From positions 30,814,001-30,878,000 of the forward strand of contig OX597824.1 in assembly GCA_951406725.2 (NCBI GenBank): a stretch of DNA of 64,000 nucleotides. Direction: 5' to 3'. Below the pieces are notes generated by a model. That model did not search any database. It saw only the letters and a program-made list of their open reading frames with translations, and was not told the DNA's origin. The position numbers and the translations under genes were made by a program. This stretch comes from Octopus vulgaris. Lineage: Eukaryota. Below are positions 26,656-39,371 of the stretch, piece after piece; the stretch's first letter is position 1, and every line of letters begins with the position of its first letter.

Positions 26656-26664
<9 letters not shown>
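26406..26664. repeat. AT-rich fold-back inverted repeat (~124-bp arms) between (TA)n tracts
   Basis: 26406-26529 pairs with 26540-26664; the adjacent 26322-26400 segment recurs inverted at ~7160-7240. Confidence 0.8.
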
Positions 26665-26716
<52 letters not shown>

Positions 26717-27469
26717 GCGTTAGGCCGATCAATGCCTTGAAAGTGGATTTGTGTGGAGGGAAATTTAAAGCTTGTCGTATAATATACATTATATATATAT
26801 ATATATATATATAATACACTTTCAAGGCATTGATCGGCTTAACGCTGTAGTAGAAGACACCTGCCGCAGGTGTCACGCAGTGGGATTGAATCCTGCAGCA
26901 TATGGTTGGAACTCAAACTCCTTACTACACAGCTGCGCGTGTTGAATTTCTAAAGTTTTACTTTTGAAATATTAAATATGAAACAATAAACAAAGGTTAC
27001 TATCATCGATGTGTGAACGTTTGTTTTTTTTTTTTTGTGTGTGTGCGCGAGAAAATCGATGTGTGAACGTTGGTTTTTTTTTTTTTTTTGTGTGTGCGCG
27101 AGTGCGCGTGTGTGTATGTGTGCATAGGAGAACAGTATGTTTTTCCGATACGGCATTCGAAGTTTTTGTAAAATGTCTTAAATTACCTCTAATGAGGGAA
27201 ATAAGGATGACTATTATGGTTGGAAATAATTTGCCCATCTCAACTTACATATTCACGAAACGGTCGTCAGACATTGTACTTGATGGAGACTCTCCTTAAA
27301 ATCATCTAAAACGACCATTTCGTCTATTTGGACTACCGCTTTACATTCAACATGTGCATCTTTTAATATCCTCATTGATTTCTAATATGGATATACAACC
27401 TCATAAGATCTCATGCAAGTACATTTATGATTTATATGTGTTTATATATTTTTATATTTTCATATATAT

Positions 27470-27549
<80 letters not shown>

Positions 27550-27672
27550 GTATATATATATATATATGAGTGTACCTATGTATGCTATGAGGTATATTCC
27601 TATTCTGTGAAATATATTCAGTGATTAAGAACACTGAGCTTTGCACACACACACACGTACACATACACACAT

Positions 27673-27705
<33 letters not shown>

Positions 27706-27900
27706 CACATATATATATATGCATATGTGTATATGTATGTGTATTCTTCCCTTCATTCTTTTTAATAGCATTAGTTAAAAATATCGCTTAAATGTAACAT
27801 TTTGGAACATTTAAAAACCAACGCATACACATAGACACACACACACACACAGACACACATATATATGAATATATAAATATATACATATACATATATGTCA

Positions 27901-27985
<85 letters not shown>

Positions 27986-28114
27986 GGCTCAGTACCGCTA
28001 AATATTTGAGAAGGTTGCTTCACAATCACGACATATCAGGTTGAATCTCATTGAATAAACCAATGAATCTCATTGGTTGATACCTTGGTTCCAACCATGC
28101 GTTGTGAGTGAATT

Positions 28115-28509
28115 TTTTTTTTTTTGAACCACTCCGTCGGTTACGACAATGAGGGTTCCGGTTGATCCGAATCAACGGAACAGCCTGCTCGTGAAATTAA
28201 CGTGTAAGTGGCTGAGCTCTCCACAGACACGTGTACCCTTAACGTAGTTCTCGAGGATATTCAGCGTGACACAGAGAGTGACAAGGCCGGCCCTTTGAAA
28301 TACAGGTACAACAGAAACAGGAAGTAAGAGTGAGAGAAAGTTGTGGTGAAAGAGTACAGCAGGGATCACTACCATCCCTGCCGGAGCCTCGTGGAGCTTT
28401 AGGTGTTTTCGCTCAATAAACACTCACAACGCCCGGTCTGGGAATCGAAACCGCGATCCTACGACCGCGAGTCCGCTGCCCTAACAACTGGGCCATTGCG
28501 CCTCCACAA
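28115..28509 (-). mobile_element. tRNA-derived SINE with poly(A) tail and 10-bp target-site duplication
   Basis: TGAGTGAATT at 28105-28114 and 28510-28519; T-run at the left end; 3' body shared with 16572-16894. Confidence 0.85.
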
Positions 28510-29534
28510 TGAGTGAATTAGAATAGAGAGAAACTGCAGAGAAGCGCGTTGAGTACTTGATTGTACCAATAATCCCATGCGGTACATCTTTGTCAGACAC
28601 TGTACCATTCTGATTCTCCCTTAGAATTACGTATGTGGTATACTCAGCCGCTTATACGCTAATCAAGGGGCAATTAACCCACCTGGTCAAAAACTGAATT
28701 TTCATTGTCCAATGGCAAACACGTTCACATCACATACAAAAGTACACACATATAGCTACACATATGCGCATTCAATCAGTGTGTGTGTATAAAGATAGAT
28801 TTGTGCATGTGTGTATATATCTATGTGTGCGTGTCAGTGTGCGTACATATATGTGTGACAGTGTGTACTTGTCTGTTTGGTAGTGTGAGTATATGCACAT
28901 GTGTATGTGTTATCATGATGAATTATCATTATATGTACGTACGTCAAACCGCAAATTACACACTGTACGTCGTAAGAATTCAGCAGCGTACGTATTACAT
29001 ACCTTTTACACGAAGGTAGGTGAAAATACTAGAATATTATATTTCCCGGGGAATAAAATACTTCGAATAAAATATAAAATATTTTTCAGAAATCAGTATA
29101 TAAAGTCTACTTTGCTCTTCGGTGTGGATAAATATTCTGTTCTTCAGACGGTAGCTTGTAGAAATAGCTTATGTAGAAAGGTGGCTCTGAAAACATTCGT
29201 ACGAAAATATACAGACCATTAAGCAATCATTTGTTTGCAAAGATCAATTCAATCAATTCACTTCTCGAGTATAGTTGGGTATCTAGGATTGAGTGTTGGT
29301 CAATCATATTGAAACAACATGATACAGTTAATGTACGTATTGTAGAAGCATTGAACAATATATGCATGTGTTTTTTTCAGTTTGCTACATGGTACAGTTT
29401 TTTTTTTCGCCTACTATATATTTACAACACTCTCGTAATATTAAATATATGAGAATTCTGTGTAAAACTAAGACACTAATCATAGCTTACATGTCATACG
29501 TCTTTTCTGTTATTTGCAGCTATTCAAATACACT

Positions 29535-29595
29535 ATGAGGTTACCAGAATGCAAACGTTTGATTATCATACTTACGGGCATTGCAGTATTACCAT
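29535..29595 (+). CDS. Putative gene B first coding exon, signal-peptide-like (MRLPECKRLIIILTGIAVLP)
   Basis: Strong acceptor tcttttctgttatttgcAG (29519), ATG in actATGa context, basic n-region plus hydrophobic h-region, donor T|GTAAGA (alternative donor at 29603). Confidence 0.5.
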
Positions 29596-31306
29596 GTAAG
29601 AGGTAAAATTTCAACTTTACATTTTTTTCGTATTAAATGATGGTATAATGATATACATTCCTGTATATTTTAGTTGTTTTTACGACTACATTTTAAAAAT
29701 ACTTCATAAGCTAACACTTTGTATGGAAGGAAACATCCTCAATTATCATCAGAGGATGTTTACCTGAACATCGTTAATCATTCTCTTATGATTTCACTAC
29801 TGTGTTCTCCAGTACTACTAACTATATATTGACATTGGAAGAGTTTATGATTTATATTTGATGACGTGAAATTTGTATCCCCTCCAATTTTATATACAGA
29901 ATATTTAGCAAGGTTATACTAGGATTTCTTTTTCAGTTGATTCTTGGTTTCTTCCTCTTTATTGTTATAGTAATTGCTATATTTGATGTTTGTGTTAGCT
30001 TTCCAAGAAGTTTTGTTTATTACCCGCAACTCGTTGATAATTATCAGAGCCTAAAATTTCACTAATTTTTTCCAATTTATTTGTTATGAATTTATAGACA
30101 TAATGCGTGCTTTGAGGCTTGGTACTACGTTTGATTAATTTATAATTTACGTGCAATGTTCTTTTATCGGATGTTGAATAAAAGTATTATATGAGATATC
30201 ATTACCGTTTCATCGTCTTTGAGTGTTATCAATCTTTCCAGTACGGCTTCCTGTTTCTTTAAAGGATTGTATTTAAACTTATCCTTGATATCAATTCATT
30301 TTAATGTCCCGTGGTATTATAACGCGTTATCGTTAACTATTCGTTTGTTAGCCGACAATTTAAAAATGTTTAGGGAAATATTTCAAACTAAGTTATCTAT
30401 AATAAATCAAGAATGATTAGGTAATCTGTATATATATAATGTAAGCTTTCACTTGGTTTACCTGTAACATTATTTTCTATTATACTTGTTTATTAACGTG
30501 GTTAGCAATATACTACTAATATGCGTATTCTTGTTCAACCAAATACAGCATCTACTGGAATCTTTATATTTGCATTTCAATGTCCGTTTCTCGCTGAGAT
30601 TCGTCTGTGCTATATACTTTTAGTAGTGCGCAGTGTACTACAATAGTTTTTACGTGTATATTAGAGGTAGTGTCTAAATCTTTTTTGGACTTCATCCATT
30701 TTTAATTTGATTTACAACTATAAATGTACCTGCCATTATACAAGGGTCAATCTTTACATTTTATTCTTTGATTTTTTTGTCTCTTCCCAAGTGCATAACG
30801 TTCTTTTCCTTTTCCCGTTTTATATCATATTTATGTATTTTTACTGTTATCGATTTTTATTTTTACTTACTTTTCTATTGTACTTTACTTGCATTATTCT
30901 ATCTTTCTACCTGTTTAACGATAATTCTTTATTGCCCCTTTCCTTTTCTTGTGCTTTATTTCCATGATATCAATTATAATGTGTAATGTAGTATCTTCAT
31001 AATCCACTATTTATTATACTTCGTGTCACATATTTATTGAGTTATTATTGCCTATCTATTCTTTTCGTTTATGCACGATTCACATCAGGAGAATAATGTG
31101 ACTGGTTGCATGTATCGGTATTATCATTCGATGGTATGATCAGAAATCGATCTTATTATTGATTCTTGGTTCTTGAAACGTACGTTAGGAAGTATCTGAA
31201 ATATAATATCAATAATTTATTTTTTGGTTTGGCACTTTTCAACTATATGCACACACGCGTGCGCATACATATCCACACAGTATTTATTTTATCGATCTCT
31301 TTCCCG

Positions 31307-31380
31307 AACCGCTAAGTTACGGGGACGTAAAGACACCAGCATCGGTTGTCAAGCGATGTTGGGGGACAAACATAGACGCA

Positions 31381-31462
<82 letters not shown>

Positions 31463-31620
31463 CGACGGGCTTCTTTCAGTTTCCGTCTACCAAATCTACT
31501 CACAAGGCTTTGGTCGGCCCGAGGCTATAGTAGAAGACACTTGCCCAAGGTGCCACGCAGTGGGACTGAACCTGAAACCATGTGGTTCGTAAGCAAGCTA
31601 CTTACCACACAGCCACTCCT
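31307..31620 (-). mobile_element. tRNA-derived SINE with internal microsatellite (duplicate at 46576-46891)
   Basis: Minus: aggagtggctgtgtggtaag (A box) ... ggttcagtccc (B box), ccttgggcaagtgtcttctac. Confidence 0.75.
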
Positions 31621-31843
31621 ATACCTTATTGTACACTATCAAAATGCCGACATGATTGATACTCAATGCTCTGTAAGACGTGACACGGACATTATGTAAA
31701 CCAATTTCCCCCAAAACTGTGATGGTCCTTGGGTGTGACTCCAGTGAGAGTGAGAAATATTTTCGTACAGAATCTTAGGCACAATTCAGGCGGCTATGTG
31801 AAGTAGTTGGAAATACGTGTATCTGTATATGTATAAATATATA

Positions 31844-33934
31844 CCGTATTTTCCGCACTATAAGGCGCACCGGATTATAAGGCGCACCTTCAATGAATGG
31901 CCTATTTTAAAACTTTGTCCATGTATAAGACGCACCGCATAGACTAGACGCTACAGTAGAGGCTGGGGTTACGTTATGCATCCATTAGATGGAGCTGCAC
32001 TGAAAGGAATGTCAACAAAACAGTTGGATAGGTCAGTCAAACTTTATTAATATATTATAAACCAGCGTTCTGACAACTCCGTTCACTCCCAAAATGAATA
32101 AACAGCTGTTTTATTATTTTCCCCGAGGTAAAGTCTGTGACGTGGTATTTTGTTTATTTTTTAACAGCAAGGTATAACATGTAGTGCAACATTTAGATCA
32201 CATAGTGGGGGGGGAACTTTTCCTCGATTCAATAAACACGTAAAAAACAGTCTGATACTGTTACAGTAAATCAAACATTAGTGCAATCACAATATAGTAA
32301 CACTCGAAATAGTGCAAAGCAATAAAAAATATCAATAACTTAACGTTGCTCAAACGTTAATGTCACACAACGCAACACACAAAATAAACATATAAAGCTC
32401 ACTTTATTAAGTTATTCCTCATTCACGAATCCCTCGAATTCTTCTTCTTCAGTGTCCGAATTAAACAGTTGGGCGAATACGGGATCCAACACGCCCGGCT
32501 CTGTCTCGTCGAAGTCGTCATTAATCGAGTCAGTGTCGCTGATGTTGTCTAGCAGTTCAGTGAGAATTCCCGCCTTCCTGAAAGCTCGGACCACAGTTGA
32601 GACTGATATATCAGCCCAGGCATTTACGATCCATTGGCAGATAGTGGTGTATGTCATTCGGCGCTGTCTCCCTGTCTTGGTAAAAGTGTGTTCGCCTTCT
32701 GTCATCCACTGTTCCCACGCAGTTCGCAGTCTAGCTTTGAATGCCCTGTTGACACCAATATCTAGCGGCTGGAGTTCTTTTGTCAATCCACCTGGAATGA
32801 CGGCGAGTATTGAATTCGTGTGCTTCACATGTTTTTTGACACCATTTGTGATATGGGAGCGCATGGAGTCGTAGATCAAAAGGGACGGAGCTGTGTGAAA
32901 AAAGCCACCCGGTCTCTTCACGTAAATTTCTCTCAACCACTCGCTCATCTTTTCGTCATCCATCCATCCCTTTGAGTTAGCTTTGATGACGACGCCGGCT
33001 GGAAAGTTTTCTTTTGGCAAGGTCTTCCTCTTGAAAATAACCATGGGTGGAAGTTTCTGGCCATTAGCTTGGCAAGCGAGAACTACAGTGAAGGATGACT
33101 TCTCATTTCCTGTTGTGCGAACATTTACCGTACGTGCTCCCGTTTTTTTCCACAGTGCGGTTCACAGGAATATCAAAGGTGAGTGGAACCTCGTCCATGT
33201 TGATGATGTGCTCTGGCCGGATCTTTTTTTTCAGTAATCTTATTTTTGCAATATGCGCGAAAAGTGACCAGCTTTTCTTGGTAGTCTTTTGGCAGTTGCT
33301 GTGAAACAGTAGTTCGTGTGCGAATGGAGAGATTACATCTTTTCATAAACCGAAAGCACCAAGAAGGACCGCCTTTAAATTCATTAATGTTAAGTTCGCT
33401 TGCTAGCGCTGTTGCCTTCATTCGAATAGTGATTGTACTGACACTTCTACCTGCTGCTCTCTGTTCAACAACCCACTGTTCGAGTTTGTTCTCCAACTGT
33501 GGCCATTTCGCTTTGTTCCCTTGGAAACTCTTTTTAGTCTTCTTTACTTGGCTCAGGTCATCTTGTTGCTTCCTCCACTTCCGCACCATTGATTCGTTAA
33601 TGTTAAATACTCTCGCTGCTGCTCTATTCCCGTGTTCTACTGCGTGACTGATCGCCTTGAGTTTAAACTCTGCGTCGTAGGCGTGTCTCTTAATAGGAGC
33701 CATTTTGGGGTCTCTACATAAACACACAAATGGAAATGAAACGGCACGCCTCGCGCAGTCATATATCCCAGCATGCACCGCGCGCTTCTTCTACGAGGGA
33801 AAATGAAGTCGGCGGCTGCTTACCGTAGTTTCAAGACCTGTTGTGACTCAATATTGTTCCACATATAAGGCGCACCGTCGGCTTTTGAGAAAATTGAAGG
33901 TTTTTAGGTGCGCCTTATAGTGCGGAAAATACGG
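31844..33934 (-). mobile_element. pogo-family DNA transposon, full length
   Basis: Perfect 28-bp TIRs CCGTATTTTCCGCACTATAAGGCGCACC, TA target duplication, subterminal tataaggcgcacc repeats. Confidence 0.95.
32412..33703 (-). pseudogene. pogo-like transposase (Brinker-type DBD, CENP-B HTH, DDE_1), frameshifted
   Basis: YDAEFKLKAI..GNRAAAR, FKGGPSWCFRFMKR, LLIYDSMRSH, IPGGLTKELQPLDIGVN; reading frame broken at ~33150-33230. Confidence 0.9.
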
Positions 33935-34492
33935 TACATATATATGTGTATCATGTAGGTACTGTAAGTTTAAAGGGAATACTTCATAAGTGTAAGCACC
34001 TATATATGCCAGATAGTGGCAGAGGTGAGAGAATATATCAAACATAAATTGAAAGCAGAACACAAAGGATATCGTGGTACACGTGTTTCAAGCTTTATAA
34101 ACAATCTGTTATTACATCAGCATAGGTATATTATTGATATAAAAGATGGTTTAAAGCTCTCTTCAGCCGCAAACATTGTTAGTCCAAAGATTACATCACA
34201 AAATAAAAAAGTACACGTAGTATTACTCATTATAATAGGTTTATCATAACTCTTAGAAGAGGTATATTTGTATAAAGTTTCGTTGGATTTCAAAAATCTG
34301 CTCATACTGTACCACTATTCAGCATAGAGTGAATGTTAAATATATTGGATTGAGTTTATATTTAATTTTATATTTTTATATATGTGTATCACTAATTGTG
34401 TATATGTATATATGTGTATATATGGGTGTATGTGTGTGTGTGCGTGTGCGTATGTGTGTACATAATGAAGGGGTATTTTCATATATTTACAG

Positions 34493-34515
34493 ATTTAAAC
34501 TCAGTATTGTGCAAG
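34493..34515 (+). CDS. Putative gene B 23-nt microexon (phase 1 to 0; YLNSVLCK)
   Basis: ttttcatatatttacAG ... AAG|GTaaaa; restores frame after the phase-1 exon. Confidence 0.45.
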
Positions 34516-34619
34516 GTAAAATATCACCTCTAATTTTTGACTTCCGCTGGAAAAATAAACTTCCATCGTTTAATCAAGGAACCAAGAAATTGACATTTCA
34601 TTGTGCTGACACATTTCAG

Positions 34620-34652
34620 ATTATATTGACTACAAGTCCACAAAGCAACAAG
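34620..34652 (+). CDS. Putative gene B 33-nt microexon (IILTTSPQSNK)
   Basis: Branch-like gctgac, acatttcAG ... AAG|GTATGC; symmetric length. Confidence 0.45.
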
Positions 34653-34973
34653 GTATGCCAAATTATTTTCTTATTGATTACAGTGAATAAGGATGAATTA
34701 ACACTGTTAGATACCGATATTTTGTTAATTGTGAAGTTTTTAGCAGATTTCATTAAATGTACTTAATTTGTTGAAATAACGTAATATCAAAGGTTACAAT
34801 TTTTCACATGAGTTATTAGTACTAATGTAATTAGTTATATACATTTAACATTGTTTTACATATTGTGGGAATAAAAAATGTTAAGATCAATAAAGAAATT
34901 CAATTGATGACGTAAAAATCTAATATATCTAGATAATTTCTGCATCATGACTTGTCATCATCTCAGAAGGTAA

Positions 34974-35034
<61 letters not shown>

Positions 35035-35038
<4 letters not shown>

Positions 35039-38000
35039 GTTGTCCGACCGTTTCACTGAACACTTGAGGGACGTTCGCCTACACTCTTTTTCTCCCGTCG
35101 CACGCCACTTCCGCTCGGCCGGCCATTCCCGAGATGACATCTCAGTGTTTGGTCTCGCCCCCCACAATGGTCGCCCACTTTCCAGGCTCCACTTGGAGCA
35201 ACGCTACATCTTCACCCTACAAACTACCACCCCACACGGACTTAACACAGCCCCCTCCTCTTGAGACCGTTTTTTTTTTTTCCGGACACACCACCCACAC
35301 ACACCCACCCACCTACCTCCCACCCACCTACCTACCTCCCACACGCCTGTTCACACACACACATACGTAGACCCATCTACGTACATACATTCACACATTT
35401 AATCACACACACTTACAGACACACATGCACATACACACACACAGACATACATACACACACGCATACATACTTACACACACACACACACACACAGACATAC
35501 ATACACACATACACACACACATACATACGCACATACATACACACACACTCACACACACACACCACACGTACATACTTCACACACACACACATGCACACAT
35601 ACATGTAGGCACATACATACATACATACCCACACATGCACACTGAATGCACACTGAATGCACACACACATACACCTTTTTGCATCCAGGCAGCCCCCCCT
35701 CTTTTCTGCTTTCCGGTTTTGGCTGATGGATCCTCGGTTCCCGCGCAGCGGGGCGTTCGAGGGCCTTTGCGCTCGCGCGCCTTGGCGCGCGCTGGGGGCT
35801 CGGTCGGCCCCTTTGGGCTTGCGTTGCACTGCTTGTGCGTTGTGTGCGTGAGCGCGCTTCGTGTGTGTGGGCTTGCTTCGGATGTGCGCTTGCGTATGTT
35901 TGCATACATACCCACACACTCGCATGCATCCCTACCCACATACATACACGCACACCTACTCACACACACACATACACACACACACATACCCGCACACACA
36001 CACACATAATACATACACACACATACCCACTTCAGACATACACACACACAGACATACACCCATACACCCACACTCACACGCATACACACACACACATACA
36101 CACGCACACGTACACATACACACACACACACACCCACATACATACATTACACTTGTATACACACACACTTACATTCATACACACACACACCTACACAGCC
36201 ATACCCTCACTCAGACACACACATCTACCTACACACACACAAACACACACTGACACACACCCATACATACATACATCTACACACTCACGCCTACACACAT
36301 ACATACACACATACATAAACACACACACATACACATACACACACATACGCACACACGCATATACTTATACACATGCACACACACACATACATACATACAC
36401 CCATATACATACACACACACATACCTACATACTCCTATACGCACATACATACACACAGACATACACACATACACACTCACACAAACATACACACACACAT
36501 ACTTACACACACACTCACCTGCACGCGCACACACATGCATGACAAACACTCATACACTCACACTCACATACGCACACACCAACATAAACACGCACACGCA
36601 CACACACACCTACACTCCCACACACATACACACGCACCTACATACACACACGCACGCATACACACGCATACACACATACATTACACACGTACACACACAC
36701 CTACATACACATGCATACACACACACACACAAACATGCACGGACACACCCAGACATACATACATACACCTATATACACACGCCTACACACCTACATACAC
36801 ACACATATACACACGCCCACACAGCTACATACACACACATACATACACACATACACGGACACACCCATACATACTTACATACATACACCTATACACACAC
36901 GCCTACACACCTACACACACACATGCACACACACACACATGTACGCACATACACACACATATACGCACACACATATATACCCACACACATGCACACACAC
37001 ACACATACGCACATACATGCACGCATGCACACGCGCACACCTACACGCATACACACACACACACGCACGTACACATACATACATACACACACGCATACAT
37101 ACACCCATACACATACATGCATCCTACACACACCTACATACACACTCACACATACATACACACACACGCACTCACTCACACACCTGTATGTTCGCGCACA
37201 CACATGCACATACACACACTTCCCCACACCCACACGTACATACATACACACTCATACACACATACACACACACACACACGGACATACATCTATGCACACA
37301 CATATATACACACATACTCACATACATTCATCGGACACACTGCCACCCAGACATACACACAGACACACTCACACATCCACACGCACACATACGTACGCGC
37401 ACACTCGCAGGCTCGCGCACACACGCGTTTGCGCCGGTTCGCGCACGCATGCGCCCCGCATGCACCTCGCCCTTGGACCCGACGAGACCTCCCGCCCGTC
37501 CCTGGGATGTCGCTTGTCGTTGGGTTTTCCCACGCCCGTCTCCGCGGGACCACTCTTCCATCTTCCCCTCCGCTGGAGTCCTTTTCCTAACCCCCCCTTT
37601 TTTTCGTTACACACACGCGCACACATATACACACATTGCTTAAACATATACATCACTCTTACACACATTCAATCTACTCGCCACTAATACTACCACGACA
37701 CTGGACACACACACACACTACTACTCAACACACGCTGGCACGCTACATACGCCCCCACCCCTTCCCCTCCCTCCCTTCCTCCTTCCTCCCTTTTCTCACT
37801 ACTGACCTTTGTCTGCTATGCTGCTGCTATGCTGACCACCGTCTCGCCCTACCTCACACGCCTACACACAGACGCACACACTAACACATACATATATTTT
37901 TTGTTTTTTTACCTCGCCTCACACACACACATACACACACGCACACGCACACACTCACACATACACACACATCTGTTGCGTTACCAACCTTGTCTCCACT

Positions 38001-38263
38001 CTTTTGCCTTTAAAAACCCACTTTGCTCTTGTTATCGTAAACATCCGCCTTTCACCATGTGCTACTCCTAACACCAGCCGTTTTTTTCTCTATCTCCGTT
38101 GCCCGCTCCGGGATCTTTCTTTCCTCTCTCTTCCTTCTTTATGTTTCCGACGAAGAGCTCCGCTCGAAACGTCATACCTCCCTGCTTCCATTTCCTGAGC
38201 GCCTATTAATAATAATACTGTAATTGTTCCATTGTTGTTGTTTTTTTGTTTCCCGTTTGGATT

Positions 38264-38269
<6 letters not shown>
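35035..38269 (+). mobile_element. 5'-truncated Penelope-like element: GIY-YIG C-terminus plus ~3-kb CA-rich 3' region
   Basis: RFTEHLRDVR..SPVARHF..LEQRYIFTLQTTTPHGLN; ends in a hammerhead-like pLTR; flanked by (TA)n on both sides. Confidence 0.8.
38141..38178 (+). ncRNA. Hammerhead-like motif (variant core CCGACGA); duplicate at 53417-53454
   Basis: CCGACGA-A-GAGC TCC GCTC-GAAACGT-C. Confidence 0.45.
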
Positions 38270-38309
<40 letters not shown>

Positions 38310-38438
38310 GTGTGTGTCTGTTGTATTTCGGGATGGTCATTCTTTTGGGGGAAGCGGAGGGTGTTACAAATAAACACATGCACTTATATATTCGTTCTTC
38401 ACTCGTTTATTACTGTTCTTATTTCAACTCATGTTCAT

Positions 38439-38484
38439 TGTCCGGAAATCTTTCGTCACACGTCTGTGACCTTTTCAGCAACAC
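38439..38484 (-). ncRNA. Hammerhead-like motif; relatives at 43985-44030, 53715-53760, 59255-59300
   Basis: Minus: CTGAA(A/G)A-G-GTCACA GACG TGTGAC-GAAA GATT TC; compensatory C-G to T-A change in stem II between the copies. Confidence 0.5.
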
Positions 38485-38567
38485 TTTCCGCCCTCCATAT
38501 TAGTGAATATGATTTAAAACAATAGAATACATACATAAACGTACACATGTGAATATGCATATATGTG

Positions 38568-38614
<47 letters not shown>

Positions 38615-39371
38615 ACAATGAAGGGTGAAATTAATTAATTTGGAACAATTATCAATTACACCAAGTAGTCTTCGTCATGTAAAAGCCTCATTCCTCGAAA
38701 TATATATATATATATATATATACATACATACATATGTATTATATATATATAATCTGTTCCTCTACTTCACTCATTCTCTCTTGTATCTCTATCCCACCCT
38801 CTCTCTCTCCCTCTCTCTTTTTCTCTCTCTTTTCCTCTTTCTGTCTCCTTACTTCTTTCTCTACACCACCCTCCCTGTCCCTTTACTACACTCTCTTGCA
38901 TCTCTATCCCACCCCTCTCTCCCTCTCCCCCTTTTCTTCCTACCTTTCCTCTCCCTGCTCCCTCTTAGGTTCACCCCTTGTCTCTCTTTTCCTCTCTCTG
39001 TCTCCTTCTTTCTCCACACCACCCTCTCTGTCCTTTTACTTCACTCTCTCGTACCTCTATCCCGCCCTCTTTATCCCTCTCCATTTTTCTCTCTGCCTTT
39101 CTTCTCCCTGCTCCCCCTAAGGTCCATCCCCTTGTCTCTCTTTTCCTCCTTGTCCCTTTACTTGTTTCTCTCTACCACACCTCTATCCCGCTCACTCTCC
39201 CTCTGCTGACCTGCCATTCTTTCTCTCTTCTCTCAGGTCAATCCCCTTCTCTCTCTCTATCCCCCCGGCTGATCTGCCACCAGCTTTTTTCTTCTCTTCT
39301 CTCCTCTCCCTCTCAGGTCAACCATCTTATCTTTCCTTCTCTCTCTGTTCCTCTATTTCACTCTCACTGCA

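Noticed and set aside
29937-29969. Possible 33-nt exon after tttcttttttcAG
   Set aside because: Weak donor and T-rich composition; not distinguishable from intron
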